A stretch of DNA of 64,000 bases from Mustelus asterias. Lineage: Eukaryota. This document shows, one piece after another, positions 23,853-36,548 of the stretch (positions within the stretch are counted from its first letter, which is position 1; each line of letters begins with the position of its first letter). Made by a program: the position numbers and the translations under genes. The notes beneath the pieces are model-generated. The model was not told where the DNA came from. It ran no database searches and was given only the letters and a program-made list of their open reading frames with translations. The stretch is taken from positions 88,040,001-88,104,000 of the forward strand of contig NC_135810.1 of assembly GCF_964213995.1 (NCBI RefSeq), given 5' to 3'.

Positions 23853-24300
23853 AAATATAAGCCTTGATTTTTAGTTTAGCTCAACCACTGTCGTAGTTAG
23901 AATACTGTCATTAGCTTCAGTCCTCCTGGGCTTATGAGAGAAAAAATTGGCCTGGCGACACCAAAATGTGTAAGGTTGCCTTGGCTGTTGTGCTCCTGTA
24001 CTATCAAAAGATTTGAATTAAAGTAAGTGTCTACAGTTCTAACGAGGAACTGCCTAAAATAACTTGGAAACTGAAAGATGCTGGTCGGGAGACTTCAGAA
24101 TGTCAAATGAAGTGGAATTGTGAATTTAGATATTTATTTGAAACATTTTTGCATTTTTTGAATCCATCGCCAACTCTTCATGGCTTGCTGTTTTTTTTAA
24201 AGCCAGTTTGATATAAATATCTGGACATTTATAAAGGAAAAAATTAACTGGATCAGAATTCAGCACGGAGGTCCCTAAGAGTTTAATTTTGAATCACTAC

Positions 24301-24614
24301 ATGGCACGGTGGCACAGTAGTTAGCACTGCTGCCTCACAGCGCCAGGGACCCGGGTTCGATTCCCGCTTGGGTCACTGTCTGTGCGAAGTCTGCACGTTC
24401 TCCCCGTGTTTGCGTGGGTTTCCTCCGGGTGCTCCGGTTTCCTCCCACTGTCCGAAAGACGTGCTGGCTAGGTGCATTCGCCATGCTAAATTCTCCCTCA
24501 GTGTACCTGAGCGGGCGCCGGAGTGTGGCGACTCGGGGATTCTCACAGTAACTTCATTACAGTGTTAATGCAAGCCTATTTGTGACACTAATCAATAAAC
24601 TTTAAAGCTTTAAA
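24301..24614 (+). mobile_element. V-SINE variant with alternative tail, full length
   Basis: Head and V core followed by ...TGTGACACTAATCAATAAACTTTAAAGCTTTAAA. Confidence 0.9.
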
Positions 24615-25604
24615 CATGGGTTCAGCAGGAGGGTTTGCAACCACCACAAACAAATTGCGAATTGAGTTTCAGAAATATATTGCAGCCACATCTTCAAAAT
24701 GTAAATATGATTATGCTAATAGTTAGATATTGTCAAGCAATCACTTGCAAAGATCTTGGAGCTGAAGATACTCCAGGGAGCATTCATTAATTTGAAGCTT
24801 TAGCTTTTATTTTATTCAAATGGAAATCTTTGATGTAACAGTCTTGTCAGTATTGTAATTGTTCTCGGCGGATGATAACATTTATGAATGATTTACTAAT
24901 CAAAGCACATTTGAATAATGTCGCTGATTGGTTGTAAGATGCTGTTGGCTGTTGATTGAGCAAAACTGGCGGAAATTCTAAAAAGCAATTTGGATCAAAT
25001 CTTTAAAAAGTCTCGATGCAGGCAGATGACAACATTGCTCTGAAACCGCTTCTTGATTTAGGAAAATACAAGACAGATGTATTATTTACAGCACAATCAT
25101 AGTTAATATGTTCATTACATTTTAATTTTCCATCAGATTTTGTCGACTGTGGACGTCTTTTATAATTAGTGGCAAGACAATAGAAATTAGATGGCTTGCC
25201 ACTGGATAGGATTAGATAAAACAGCAAAACATGAAAACAATTACATTGTGATTAGCACTTAATCATTTCCAAACATGCGGTGATATTTTGATGCTGAATT
25301 ATCCCTTGGACTTGAAGCAGCATTAGGAGAAGAGGCTGACACAGGGAAAACTACTAAGGTTCAGCAGTAAGGCTGCAAGATATAGATAAACATAAAACAC
25401 CAAAATATAATAGATTTGATAGGCTAGCTTACAAAGGTCCATGATAGGAAGCCACTTCTGTAGTGCACATAATGGGATGGAATTTGATTCCATTTTGAAT
25501 GCCTTCACCAGGCATTAACCGGGCAATAATGCCTTCAAAATGCCATGCGGCAGACTGCATTTTAAAAGGAGCCAACTGGCAGGTGTCCAAAGTGCCAGCC
25601 TGTT

Positions 25605-26105
25605 TCAGAGTGTGGTGGAGTACTCCCCACTTGCCTGGATGGGTGCAAATCCAACAGCACTCAAGAGGCTTTACACCATCCAGAACAAAGTGGCCCGCCT
25701 GATTGGCACCACATCCACTCCTTCCACCATTAACACCCAGTAGCAGCAGCGGGTACCATCTACAAGATGCGCTGCAGCAATTCACCAAAGATCCTTAGAC
25801 AGCACCTTCCAAACCCATGACCAATTCCATCTGGAAGGACAAGGATCAACAGATACCTGGGAACACCACCACCTGCAAGTTCCTCTCCAAACCACTCACT
25901 ATCCTGACTTGGAAATATATCGCCGTTCCTTCGCAGTCGCTGGGTCCAAATCCTGGAATTCCCTCCCAAACAGCAGTGGGGGTCATACCACAGCACGTGG
26001 ACTGCAGCGATTCAAGAAAGCAGCTCACCACCACCTTCTCAAAAGCAATTAGCAATGGGCAATAAATACTGCCCAGCCAAAAATGCCCATGTCCCACAAT
26101 TGAAT
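25605..26105 (+). mobile_element. 3' fragment of the second LINE family
   Basis: SVVEYSPLAWMGANPTALKRLYTIQNKVARLIG; FKKAAHHHLLK. Confidence 0.85.
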
Positions 26106-26436
26106 TAAAAAAGACATTAACCACCTTTTCATACGGAAGCCGAGGTCCTATGACATGGTGATGGAACTGAACAGGTTTGCCAAAGGTAAGTGTCAGGTTA
26201 TTTCTGTGGGCTTCAGAGGAGTAGGAATGTTGGGTGTCCCACAGCTCTCTTGCGCAATTTAAACGAGATTGGGACCTCCGATCTCAGGGTCCTTTTCACT
26301 GCCTAAATGGGTGACTGGCCAATGCATTCTCCTGTTCAGTCACCCAAAAATGAAAACAGACCCCCCACAATGACTTATGCCACAGATATCCACTGAACAT
26401 CACAGGGTGGGTTTTCAACTTACCACACGGGTATAA

Positions 26437-26925
26437 ACATAGAAACGTAGAAGATAGGAGCAGGAGGAGGCCATTTGGCCCTTTGAGCCTGTTCCACCAT
26501 TCATTATGATCATGGCTGATCGTCCAACTCAATAGCCTAATCCTGCTTTCTCCCCAAAACCTTTGATCCCATTTGCCCCAAGTTCTATATCCAGCTGCCT
26601 GTTGAATACGTTCAATGTTTTGGCATCAACCACTTCCTGTGATAATGAATTTCACAGGCTCACCACTCTTTGGGTGAACAAATGTCTCCTCATCTCCATC
26701 CTAAATGGTCTACCCCCGAATCCTCAGACTGTGACCCCTGGTTCTGGACACACCCACCATCGGGAACATCATCCCTGCATCTACCCTGTCTAGAATTTTA
26801 TAAGTCTCTATGAGATCCCCCCTCATTCATCTGAACTCCAGCAAAAACAATCCTAACCTAGTCAATCTCTCCTCATACATCAATCCCGCCATCTCTGGAA
26901 TCAGCCTGGAAAACCTTTGTTGCAC
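26437..26925 (-). mobile_element. CR1 3' fragment
   Basis: Antisense tail AACATAGAAACGTAGAAGATAGGAGCAGGAGGAGGCC and CR1 C-terminal coding remnant. Confidence 0.85.
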
Positions 26926-26969
26926 TAAAACTAGTATTACTGACGACTGCTGATATGATCCCAGCTGAT

Positions 26970-28620
26970 AGATAGTTTGAGTCATGTTGAGATCAAAAAG
27001 GAGGAGGTATTGGGATTCTTGAGAAACATTAAGATCGACAAGTCTCCAGGGCCTGATGGGATATACCCAAGAATACTGAGAGAGGCAAGGGAGGAAATTG
27101 CTGGGGCCTTGAAAGAAATCTTTGTATCCTCACTGGCTACAGGGGAGGTCCCAGAGGGTTGGAGGATAGCCAATGTGGTTCCTTTGCTTAAGAAGGGTGG
27201 CAAGAATAATCCAGGTAATTACAGGCCTGTGAGCCTTACATCAGTGGTAGGGAAATTATTGGAGAGGATTCTTCGAGACAGGATTTATTCCCACTTGGAA
27301 ATAAGTGGACGTATTAGTGAGAGGCAACATGGTTTTGTGAAGGGGAGGTTGTGTCTCACGAACTTGATCGAGTTTTTCAAGGAAGTGGCGAAGATGATTG
27401 ATGAGGGTAGGACAGTGGATGTTGTCGACATGGACTTCAGTAAGGCCTTTGACAAGGTCCCTCATGGCAGACTGTTGCAGAAGGTGAAGTCGCATGGGAT
27501 CAGAGGTGAGCTGGCAAGGTGGATACAAAACTGGCTCGGTCAAAAAAGACAGAGGGTAGCAGTGGAAGGGTGCATTTCTGAATGGAGGGCTATGACAAGT
27601 GGCATTCCTCAGGGATCAGTGCTGGAACCTTTGCTGTTTGTAATATATATAAATGATTTGGAGGAAAATGTAACTGGTTTGATTAGTACGTTTGCGGACG
27701 ACACAAAGGTTGGTGGATTTGCGGATAGCAATGAGGATCATCAGAGGATACAGCAGGATATAGATCAGTTGGAGACTTGGGCAGAGAGATGGCAGATGGA
27801 GTTTAATCCAGACAAATGTGAGGTAATGTATTTTGGAAGGTCAAATACAAATAGGAAATATACAGTAAATGGCAGAACCCTGAAGAGTATTGATAGGCAA
27901 AGGGATCTGGGTGTACAGGTACACAGGTCACTGAAAGTGGCAATGCAGGTGGAGAAGGTAGTCAAGAAGGCATACGGCATGCTTGCCTTCATCTGCTGGG
28001 GTATTGAGTTTAAAAATTGGCAAGTCATGTTGCAGCTTTATAGAACCTTAGTTAGGCCGCACTTAGAATATAGTGTTCAATTCTGGTCGCCACACTACCA
28101 GAAGGATGTGGAGGCTTTGGAGAGGGTACAGAAAAGATTTACCAGGATGTTGCTTGGTATGGAGGGCATTAGCTATGGGGGGAGGTTGGAAAAACTTAGT
28201 TTGTTCTCACTGGAACGACGGAAGTTGAGGGGCGACCTGATAGAAGTCTGCAAGATTATGAGAGACATGGACAGAGTGGATAGTCAGAAGCTTTTTCCCA
28301 GGGTGGAAGAGTCAATTACTAGGGGGCACAGGTTTAAGGTGCGAGGGGCAAGGTTTAAAGGAGATGCACAAGGCAGATTTTTTACACAGAGAGTAGTGGT
28401 GCCTGGAACTTGTTGCCGGGGGAGGTAGTGGAAACGGATACGTTAGTGACTTTTAAGGGGCGTCTTGATAAATACATGAATAGGATGGGAATAGAGGGAT
28501 ATGGTCCACAGAAGGGTAGGGGGTTTTAGTTCAGTCGGGCAGCATGGTCGGTGCAGGTTGGGAGGGTCAAAGGGCCTGTTCCTGTGCTGTAATTTTCTTT
28601 GTTCTTTGTTCTTTTCTTTG
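26970..28620 (+). mobile_element. 5'-truncated CR1 LINE with near-complete RT domain (483-aa ORF 26977-28428)
   Basis: KSPGPDGI, NYRPVSLTS, QHGF, DFSKAFDKV, PQGS, FADD motifs; (TTCTTTG)n tail; frameshift near 28400. Confidence 0.97.
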
Positions 28621-28929
28621 ATGTCAATATTGGACCAGTCAGATCCTCGAGTGAGCCTGGGTTGATAAATCCCACAGGAATCTGCTGATGAATGTTTAAT
28701 GCAAAGAATAACATATTTTTTAAGCAAGGAAAATGAACTATTTTGCACTAGACAGAAAGGTTGGAAAGATCTGAGTACAAACACAAGAAACTGATTCAAA
28801 TATTCACTATTCCTACACCCCAGCTATGTCTTTACAGTCACATACAAATTCAGAAAGACAAAACAATTTACATAGCTATCTTGTTCTCTGATATTCAGAC
28901 AATGTATGCAGCACTTGTGAACTAACTGG

Positions 28930-29660
28930 TGAAATGTGGTCAGACATTTCAAAGTAAATGACAGATGTGACCAAAACAAATTCTATGGATTTCTTAACAA
29001 TCCACCCAGACACTTGTCACACAGTGAGCCAATCTGCTTCACTGAATTTCTGTCTTTCTTGCAAGGGTTTAAAATCCCCACATTTGAAGAACTTGCTCTG
29101 CAATTTTCTCCAAACATTGTACCTACTCAGACTACTTCAACAAGGATTCACATCCAGGGTTTCAATCTCACCGTCCAAGATTCCTTTCCTCTGGATCTCC
29201 GAGTGCACTCTTGCTTTACTTTCCAAGCACACTTCCAGATCTTCAGCTGTGCCAAACAGAACACCAATGCTCCAAAGATTGCCTTTTCTCTTATGGCCCA
29301 CAGCGCAGAGTCACCAATGTTTGGTTGCCCTTGCAGATCTTCTAGGCTTCTCCAAAGCCCATTTTGCTTCAAGTGTGCTGCCTGCAGCTCTTCCTTTATA
29401 TCCGAGTCTATTACTTTGCTCCTTTCCTTAACAGGACCGGTTTCTGATTTCTGTCCTTGTCACTTACCCGGGACTGTCTTTTAGGATCTGTTTCTGATCC
29501 CTGCCTTTGTCCCTGCATGGGACCTTCTTCTGAGACCTCTTTCTGGCCCATTCCCTGGTTAGGGACCCCTTTCTTGGTCCGGGAACTTCTCCCTGTCCCC
29601 CTCCCATCTCCTGCTCCCTCGGGCACATTCAACACAATGCCACTCCAATTCAGGTCACCT
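28930..29660 (-). mobile_element. Possible solo LTR
   Basis: Minus-strand TATAAAGG near 29395 and imperfect 29-bp direct repeats at about 29433 and 29483; termini not resolved. Confidence 0.25.
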
Positions 29661-29907
29661 TACCTCTAGTTGTGTGCCATTACATTTCTTTGCTTCCTTT
29701 TCTTCTGTGCAGGTGCACAGGGTCAGTTCCTGGCCTAAAGAAAGTGAAAGTGAATGAACTGTGCTGCCATTTCCTGGCACCCACTGGAAACTGTAGTTCC
29801 CAAACTGCGACTTTGATTTAAACTTAAGGTAAATATTGAAGTTTTCTACCACTGCCCTAATCGTTCAATGGATGAAAGTAATGAATGTTTGTCCAATCAG
29901 ATAACAT

Positions 29908-30056
29908 CGACCATAAGATGATCAGATATAGGAGCAGAATTAGGCCATTCAGCCCATCGAGTCTGCTCCACCATTCAATAATGGCTGATAAGTTTCTCAA
30001 CCCCATTCTCCTGCCTTTTCCCTGTAACTTTGATCCCCTTACCAATCAACAACCCA
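29908..30056 (-). mobile_element. CR1 3' tail fragment
   Basis: ATAGGAGCAGAATTAGGCCATTCAGCCCATCGAGTCTGCTCC. Confidence 0.75.
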
Positions 30057-30439
30057 TCTTTGATGGCTGATTGTCAAATGGAAGTTCTTTCATCTTCTTC
30101 CCTATATCCCACCCCCAAATATAAGTGCACACAGTGAATATTCAGCCTCACTTTCAGTGGAATATTTCAGAATGTCAGGAGCCACCCCAATGTTAATTAC
30201 TCCAGATTGTTATGAAACTGCCCTAAGCTGTGCAGAGCAATAGGAAATTGGGGATGATCGATGTATCTGATGAGGTCTGCACAGTGACTGCGGGCTGAAG
30301 GATGGATTTCTCATTGGGGAAGTATAGACATGTCAATAAATAATCCAAATAGCTTTCTTAGTTCTGAATATCTATGTGAAATCTGTACCATATTTTATAG
30401 CACCTCAGTGAACTTCATGTTTCACATATTCTTTTTCGT

Positions 30440-31017
30440 GGGGTGAATTTTACAGCGCCCTGCTAGTGTAGTTGAAGATGGTGGTGGTGGTTGGGTGGGC
30501 GGGGAGGGGGGTAGAGGCGACGGGTGGCGGGGAGGGGGGTGGAGGCGACCGGGGGGGGGGGGGGGGGGGGGGGAGGCGGTGGGGGGGGGGCACATAAATT
30601 ACAGCGGGTGGGCCAGCCCACCACCTTTCCACCTCATCACGAGATGGCCAGGAGGGGAAGATACGTCACGCCCCTCCCACTATTATACCCCTGTTTGCAC
30701 CTCCTCCTAGCCTCTAAAGCCTGACACCCCCACACCCAACCTACCTAAAGTCCGGGATCCATCTTTAGTTCTTCTCGCACTTTCTTGTAGTCCCAGCAGT
30801 GGCGATTACTGGGACCAGAGATTCCTGTCCCCGAGGGGCAGAAGTCCCCCACTTAACTCATTAAGGACACCTCCAGCTTATTTACACTGCAGGACGACCG
30901 ATCTTAAAGTTGGCATGGTGATTTGATTTGATTTATTTTTGTCACATGTATTGGTATACAGTGAAAAGTATTGTTTCTTGCATGCTACAGAAGGTGGCCC
31001 TCTGTAAAATTCACCCC
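30440..31017. mobile_element. Harbinger-type MITE with G-run interior and nested Rex1-like tail (about 30919-30990)
   Basis: Perfect 16-bp TIRs GGGGTGAATTTTACAG / CTGTAAAATTCACCCC; flanks CGT / TGT. Confidence 0.8.
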
Positions 31018-31499
31018 TGTGATTTCACAGGCTATGGAACAAAACACCTCAGATTGAGGCCTGATTCACAACAGATACACAGAGGCCAGCAGGTATTGCA
31101 CGCCGCACGCACAATGCACAAAGCACAATGCACAATGCAGTCCTCACTTGCATTCTGAGTTTGTGAATAGTCAGGAGCTCTTTTTCAGTTGTCATTTCAA
31201 ATGCCATCAACCACTTGCCACCTGAGTCTGAAATGATGTCCAGTATGCTTAAAATAACAGATCTCAGTCAGGACAGACTTGGTACTTTGTGATGATCACA
31301 GCACGATCAAAACATATCAGGGAACTGCAATCCAACCTACATTCCCCAGCACTGGTATAACAATTTTGAAAACAAATGTCAACATATAATACATCCCACT
31401 CAGACCTCCCAGTGAAACATTAAGTGCATGTTACTTGTCACTGAAATCAATGTAAAGTCAGGGGGAAAACACTGTTTTTGCGCATATCTACAGTGTAGC

Positions 31500-31756
31500 T
31501 CACAGGTGGCACAGTGGTTAGCACTGCTGCTTCACAGCACTAGGGACCCTGGTTCGATTCCCAGCTTGGGTCACTATCTGTGCGGAGTCTGCACGTTCTC
31601 CCCATGTCTGCGTGGGTTCCCTCCGGGTGCTGTGGTTTCCTCACACAGTCTGAAAGAAGTGCTGGTTAGGTGCATTGGCCACGCTAAATTTTCCCTCCGT
31701 GTACCCGAACAGGCGGCAGAGTGTGGCGACTGGGCGAATTTTCACACTAACTTCAT
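31500..31756 (+). mobile_element. V-SINE variant with alternative tail, truncated
   Basis: The tail breaks off at TAACTTCAT and joins a G-rich MITE fragment. Confidence 0.85.
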
Positions 31757-32373
31757 GGGGGGCAGGGGGATCCATTGCCTTTCTGCATGTGACCGGTGGG
31801 GGAGGGGGGGAGGGGGGTCTGCTGCCACCCTGCATGTGATCGGTGGGGGGGAAGGGGGTCCACTGCCACTCTGCGTGTGACTGGTAGGGGGAAAGAGGGG
31901 TCCGCTACCACTCTGTGTGTGATTGATGGGCAGGAGGGGGGTCCGCTGCCACTATGCGTGTGATTGGTGGAGGGGAAGGAGGAGTCTGCTGTCACTCTGC
32001 TTGTGATTGGGGGGGGAAGGGGTGAGGGGCCCACGATTGGTCTGTGTGATGGGGGATAAAGGGGTCAGTTATGTTGTGGGGGTGTGGCAATGTCTGTGGG
32101 GACCAGGGGGAGGCATTATCTGGCCCGGAGGGATGTGGCAGGGGAGCATGTCTTTTTTTCTGCGCATGCGCAGTTGGAGGTGTCGATCGGAGCTGCAGTG
32201 TTTCGGGCGTGATAAGCCCCATCCATAGACTTCTGAACCGAATTCAGAATCGCTGCTATTTATTCAGGCAGTGTGAGAACGGGCGCCAGAGAACGGGTCT
32301 AAAAGTCGGATCTGAAACACTCCCAGTTTCAAATCCGCCCAGCACTTAGAAGTAAAATGGTAAAATACGGCTC
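31757..32373. mobile_element. One-ended MITE fragment with about 41-bp G-rich minisatellite (about 31765-32025, about 6 units)
   Basis: Unit GGGGTCCGCTGCCACTCTGCGTGTGATTGGTGGGGGGGAAG; right end GGTAAAATACGGCTC resembles the MITE TIR family. Confidence 0.65.
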
Positions 32374-32987
32374 AATATATCCGCCGACAATCCTCGCACA
32401 CGCACATTCCATTCCTGCAGCAGAAGCTTGCACACCACCCTCGCAATGATGACACTGATAATGGTGGTGAAAGAGAATGTAGCATAAATTTACAAGGCCT
32501 CCAAGCTGCCCTTCACTGAAAGGCAATATCAAACTCCCCCAGCTCAACAGACAAAGCCTGACTGAAGCATATCATCAATGATCTGCAAAGTGAACCACCA
32601 TTTCAGTCATTTATACCAAAGAGCAAGTTGCTTGAACAGCATTCAACTGTTTATCTATTGACCATTACCTGGCATTGTGCATTGGATAAATTGACACCAT
32701 CCTGTCCATCAATTCTACTTGCAAAGGGTGAAACTAATTACGTTAATTAATTTCTAAAAGCAATGCTTCAAGATTGAAATTAAAAGGATTGTACAATGGA
32801 CAGTGCCTTACAATCTTGAATCCCTATTTGTAATAGGATATAATTTCAATATAAAAGAATATTATTAAGTTAGCTGTGAACAAGATAGATGGGAAGCTGA
32901 ATTACAAAAAGGTAACAATTTATTTTATATAAAATAACAACAGAAGTATGTTTGAGAAGCTGACTAAAATTGGCTCAGACATACTTC

Positions 32988-33130
32988 TGATTTGATTTAT
33001 TATTGTCACATGTATTGGTACACAGTGAAAAGTATTGTTTTTTGCACGTTATGCAGACAAAGCATACTGTGCATAGAGTACCTGGGGGAGAAGGAAAGAA
33101 GAGGGTGCAAAATGTAGTGTTACAGTCATA
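32988..33130 (-). mobile_element. Rex1/Babar-like LINE 3' UTR fragment
   Basis: GATTTGATTTATTATTGTCACATGTATTGG..AGTGAAAAGTATTG is shared with 30919 and 60553. Confidence 0.7.
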
Positions 33131-33164
33131 GTTGGTTGGTGCATGACCACAGACAAATCAAAGA

Positions 33165-33480
33165 TGCAGCAATTTGCCAAGGATCCTTCGACAGCACCTT
33201 CCTGACCTGTCACTTCTACTACCTAGAATGGCAAGGGCAGCAGACACATGGGAACAATACCACCTGCACGTTCCCTTCCAAGTCACAGACTAACCTGACT
33301 TGAAAGTATATCAGCGTTCCTTCACTGTTGTTGGGTCAAAATCCTGGAGGTCCCTTCCTAACAGCACTAAGGTGATCTTCACCACATGAACGACATAGAT
33401 TGAAGAAGACTGGTCAGTGTCACATTTTCATGGTCAATAAATGCTGACCTTGCCATCAATATCCACATCCCAGGGATCAA
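33165..33480 (+). mobile_element. 3' fragment of the second LINE family
   Basis: Homologous to 15330 and 25605. Confidence 0.75.
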
Positions 33481-33537
33481 TAAAAAGAGAATTTCACATT
33501 TTTTTCAACATATCACTTTGAATAATTTGTTGGTCTT

Positions 33538-33855
33538 CATAGAATCCCCGCAGTGCAGAAGGAGGCCTTTCCCCCCATCAAGCCTGCACCAACAATAATC
33601 CCACCCAGGCCCATCCCCGTACCCCCACGTATTTACCCTACTATTCTCCCTGACACTAAGGGGCAATTTAGCATGGCCAATCAACCTAATCCACACATCT
33701 TTGGAGTGTGGGAGAAAACCGGAGTACCCGGAGAAAACCCACACACACATGAGAAGAACATGCAAACACCACCCAGACAGTGACCCAAGCCAGGAATCGA
33801 ACACAGGTTCCCGGTGCTGTGAGGCAGCAGTGCTAACCACCATGCCACTGTGCCA
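33538..33855 (-). mobile_element. V-SINE (HE1-like)
   Basis: SINE consensus. Confidence 0.9.
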
Positions 33856-34424
33856 CTCTTGTCTCATCTTCTTTCTCAGAGCCTACCAATTACTTGTTAC
33901 AATAAACTGCAAATGAAAGAATTAAAGCTGGGAGCCTAAGCTGGCTGTTCTGGAATGTTCTGAGCAGCTACGCCACCTGGCATCACCTGTATGGTTTGGC
34001 TTTCCACATCCCGCAGTACATGGAAGAGTGTGCCCGAGTGAGATCAGTCAACAAGATGACTAGTGAGCCAAACTGCTGCGCCAATTTGCTTAGCTGTATT
34101 CATGTTTTGCATGCTGTTATCCATTTGGATGATTAGTTTGAGTAACATCCCATATTTTCCCCCAGGTACCAATGAGCTTAGTGTTCCCTGGCTCCTGAAC
34201 TCTCATGAAGTCTGTTTGTAATTAGAGTTCAGTGGCTGGCACTGCAACTGTGATGACACATTGCTTCAATTTAAATCCTGTCTCCAATCCTGGATTACTC
34301 CTAACCCTGATTGGCGATGCTAAACTTCCATTACCCAAACTCACTTGCACAGCTACTACAGTGAGGTCCTGTATTGTTCCATTGACTGCTGCAGTGATTC
34401 GAGTGGTTACACTGCAGTGGCACT

Positions 34425-34545
34425 GTGAAAAGATGTCATGTGAAAATAAACTTTTTCACACAACGGGTCTGGAATGTGCTGCCCGGATATATGGTGGAGG
34501 CAGGTTCAACTGAGGCATTCAAGAGGCATTTGATGATTTATTGTG
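34425..34545 (+). mobile_element. CR1 3' fragment
   Basis: NFFTQRVWNVLPGYMVEAGSTEAFKRHL. Confidence 0.65.
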
Positions 34546-34565
34546 TAGGGGTATGGGGAAAAGGC

Positions 34566-34930
34566 AGGGCAATGCAGTGGCATAGTGGCATTGCCACTGG
34601 ACAGGTAATCCAGAGATCCAAGGTAATGCTCTCGGGACCCGTGTTCGAATCCCACCATGGCAGATGGTGAAACTTGAATCCAATGGAAATTTGGAATTAA
34701 AAGTCTAACAATTGTCAATTGTTGTAAAAACCCATCGGGTTCACTAATGCCCTTTAGGGAAGGAAATCTGCCGTCCTTACTTGGTCTGGCCTACATGTGA
34801 CGCCACACCCATAGCAACGTAGTTGACTCTAAAATGCCCTCTGAAATGGCCGATCGTATTACTCAGTTCAAGGGTAATTAGGGATGGGCAACAGCCAGTG
34901 ATGCCCACATCCATGGATGAATTTTTAAAA
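34566..34930 (+). mobile_element. SINE family 2 (tRNA head; tail shared with the second LINE family)
   Basis: Box A TGGCATAGTGG, box B GTTCGAATCC, body GGGAAGGAAATCTGCCGTCCTTAC, tail AGGGATGGGCAA..GATGCCCACATCC. Confidence 0.85.
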
Positions 34931-35299
34931 ATGGCACGAAGTCATGATGCTCATTTGGAAAACTGGTGCAGACCCGATGGGCCAAATGGCCTCCTCCTGT
35001 GCTGTGACAATTCTGGGATTCTGCGCAATTCTGTAATTTACCAGTTGGTGGTTTTGATCTGTTTGGAAGTGATCATAAGGCCGATATACATTTTTTTTTA
35101 AATGTTCACTCCCAGTTCAATAAGGCCGCAGAAATACAAGTTGACATCCATACAATCTTCAGCAAAACAAGTAAGACTTTGCAAGCAGTGAGTGCATGTA
35201 TGTGCATTGGCTCTACACGTGTGGTTCAGGAGATTAGTTCACTCGCCAATCTACTGGCCAAACTCAAGGAGCCATGTTTTTCCTTCAAGCTCCAAGAGT

Positions 35300-36400
35300 T
35301 CATTGCCTTTGACAAAGTCCCACATGGGAGACTTATTAAGAAGGCTGATAAGGTGGATTCATAATCGGCTTAGTCATAGGAAACAGAGTGTGGTGACAGA
35401 TGGCTGCTTTAGTGACCAATGGCATATCATAGGGATCCGGTGCTGGGCCCCCTATTGTTCATCATTTATATAAATGACCTAGATGGCTATGGGGTAGGAT
35501 CAGTAAGTTTGCCGATGACACAAAGATTGGCCGGGTGGTTAACAGTGAGGTTGAGTGCCTTGGGTTACAGGAAGATATAGACAAGATGGTCAAATGGGTG
35601 GATAAGTGGTGGATGGAATTTAACCCTGAAAAGTGTGAGGTGAAGAACTTTGGAGGGAGTAATTTGACAAGGAAGTATATTATGAAAGGTCTGACACTGG
35701 GAAGTTCTGAAGAACAAAGGGACCTTGGTGTGTTTGTCCATAGATCTCTGAAGGTGGAAAGGCAGTTTCATGGGGTGGTGAAAAGGGCATATGGCACACT
35801 CGCCTTTATCTATCAGGGTATAGATTACAGAAGCAGAGAGGTCATTTGTGGAGTTATATAGAACTTTGGTGAGGCCACAGCTGGAGTACTGTGTGCAGTT
35901 CTATTCACCACATTATAGGAAGCACGTGAATACACTGGAGGGGATACAGAGGAGATTCACCAGGATGTTGCCTGGGATGGAACATTTAAGTTATAAAGAG
36001 AGGTTGGATAGGCTTGGGTTGTTTTCTCTGGAGCAGAGGGGGCGACCTAATTGAGATGTTCAAGATTATGAGGGGCAGGAACAGGGTGGATAGGAAGCAA
36101 CTGTTCCCCTTAGTTGAAGGATCAGTTGTGAGGGGATACAAGTTAAAAGTGAGGGGTTGGAGGTTTAGGGGGGATTTGAGGAAAAACCTTTTTACTCAGA
36201 GGGTGATGACAGTCTGGAATGCACTGCCTCAGAGGGTGGTGGAGGCGGGATGCCTCCCATCCTGGATGAGTACTTGGCACGCCATAACATTCAAGGCTAT
36301 GGATCAAGTGCTAGCAAGTGGGATTAGGTGGGCAGGGCCTTTCATGCATCGACTCAATGGGCCAAAGGGCCTCTTCTGCACTGTAGGATTCTGTGATTCT
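35300..36400 (+). mobile_element. CR1 LINE fragment (frameshifted RT C-terminal half plus tail)
   Basis: AFDKVPHGRL, FADD, MEFNPEKC, RPQLEYCVQF motifs. Confidence 0.9.
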
Positions 36401-36548
36401 TTGATCCTTTAGGCACATTGCCTATAAGAGACCATAAAGAAACTCTTAAAACAACATCAGTTGTCACTGAATAGTGGGCCAGAAATGGAAGGTGCTGCCT
36501 TACAACTAGCTTGCTCTGATTCAGTAACCTCCCAAGGTTATGAGCAAA

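Noticed and set aside
28936-29484. 182-aa and 157-aa overlapping ORFs
   Set aside because: No recognisable domain or splice context; the region looks like the antisense of an LTR-like repeat.
31765-32025. CRISPR-like periodic repeat
   Set aside because: Degenerate head-to-tail minisatellite without unique spacers, in eukaryotic DNA with no cas genes.
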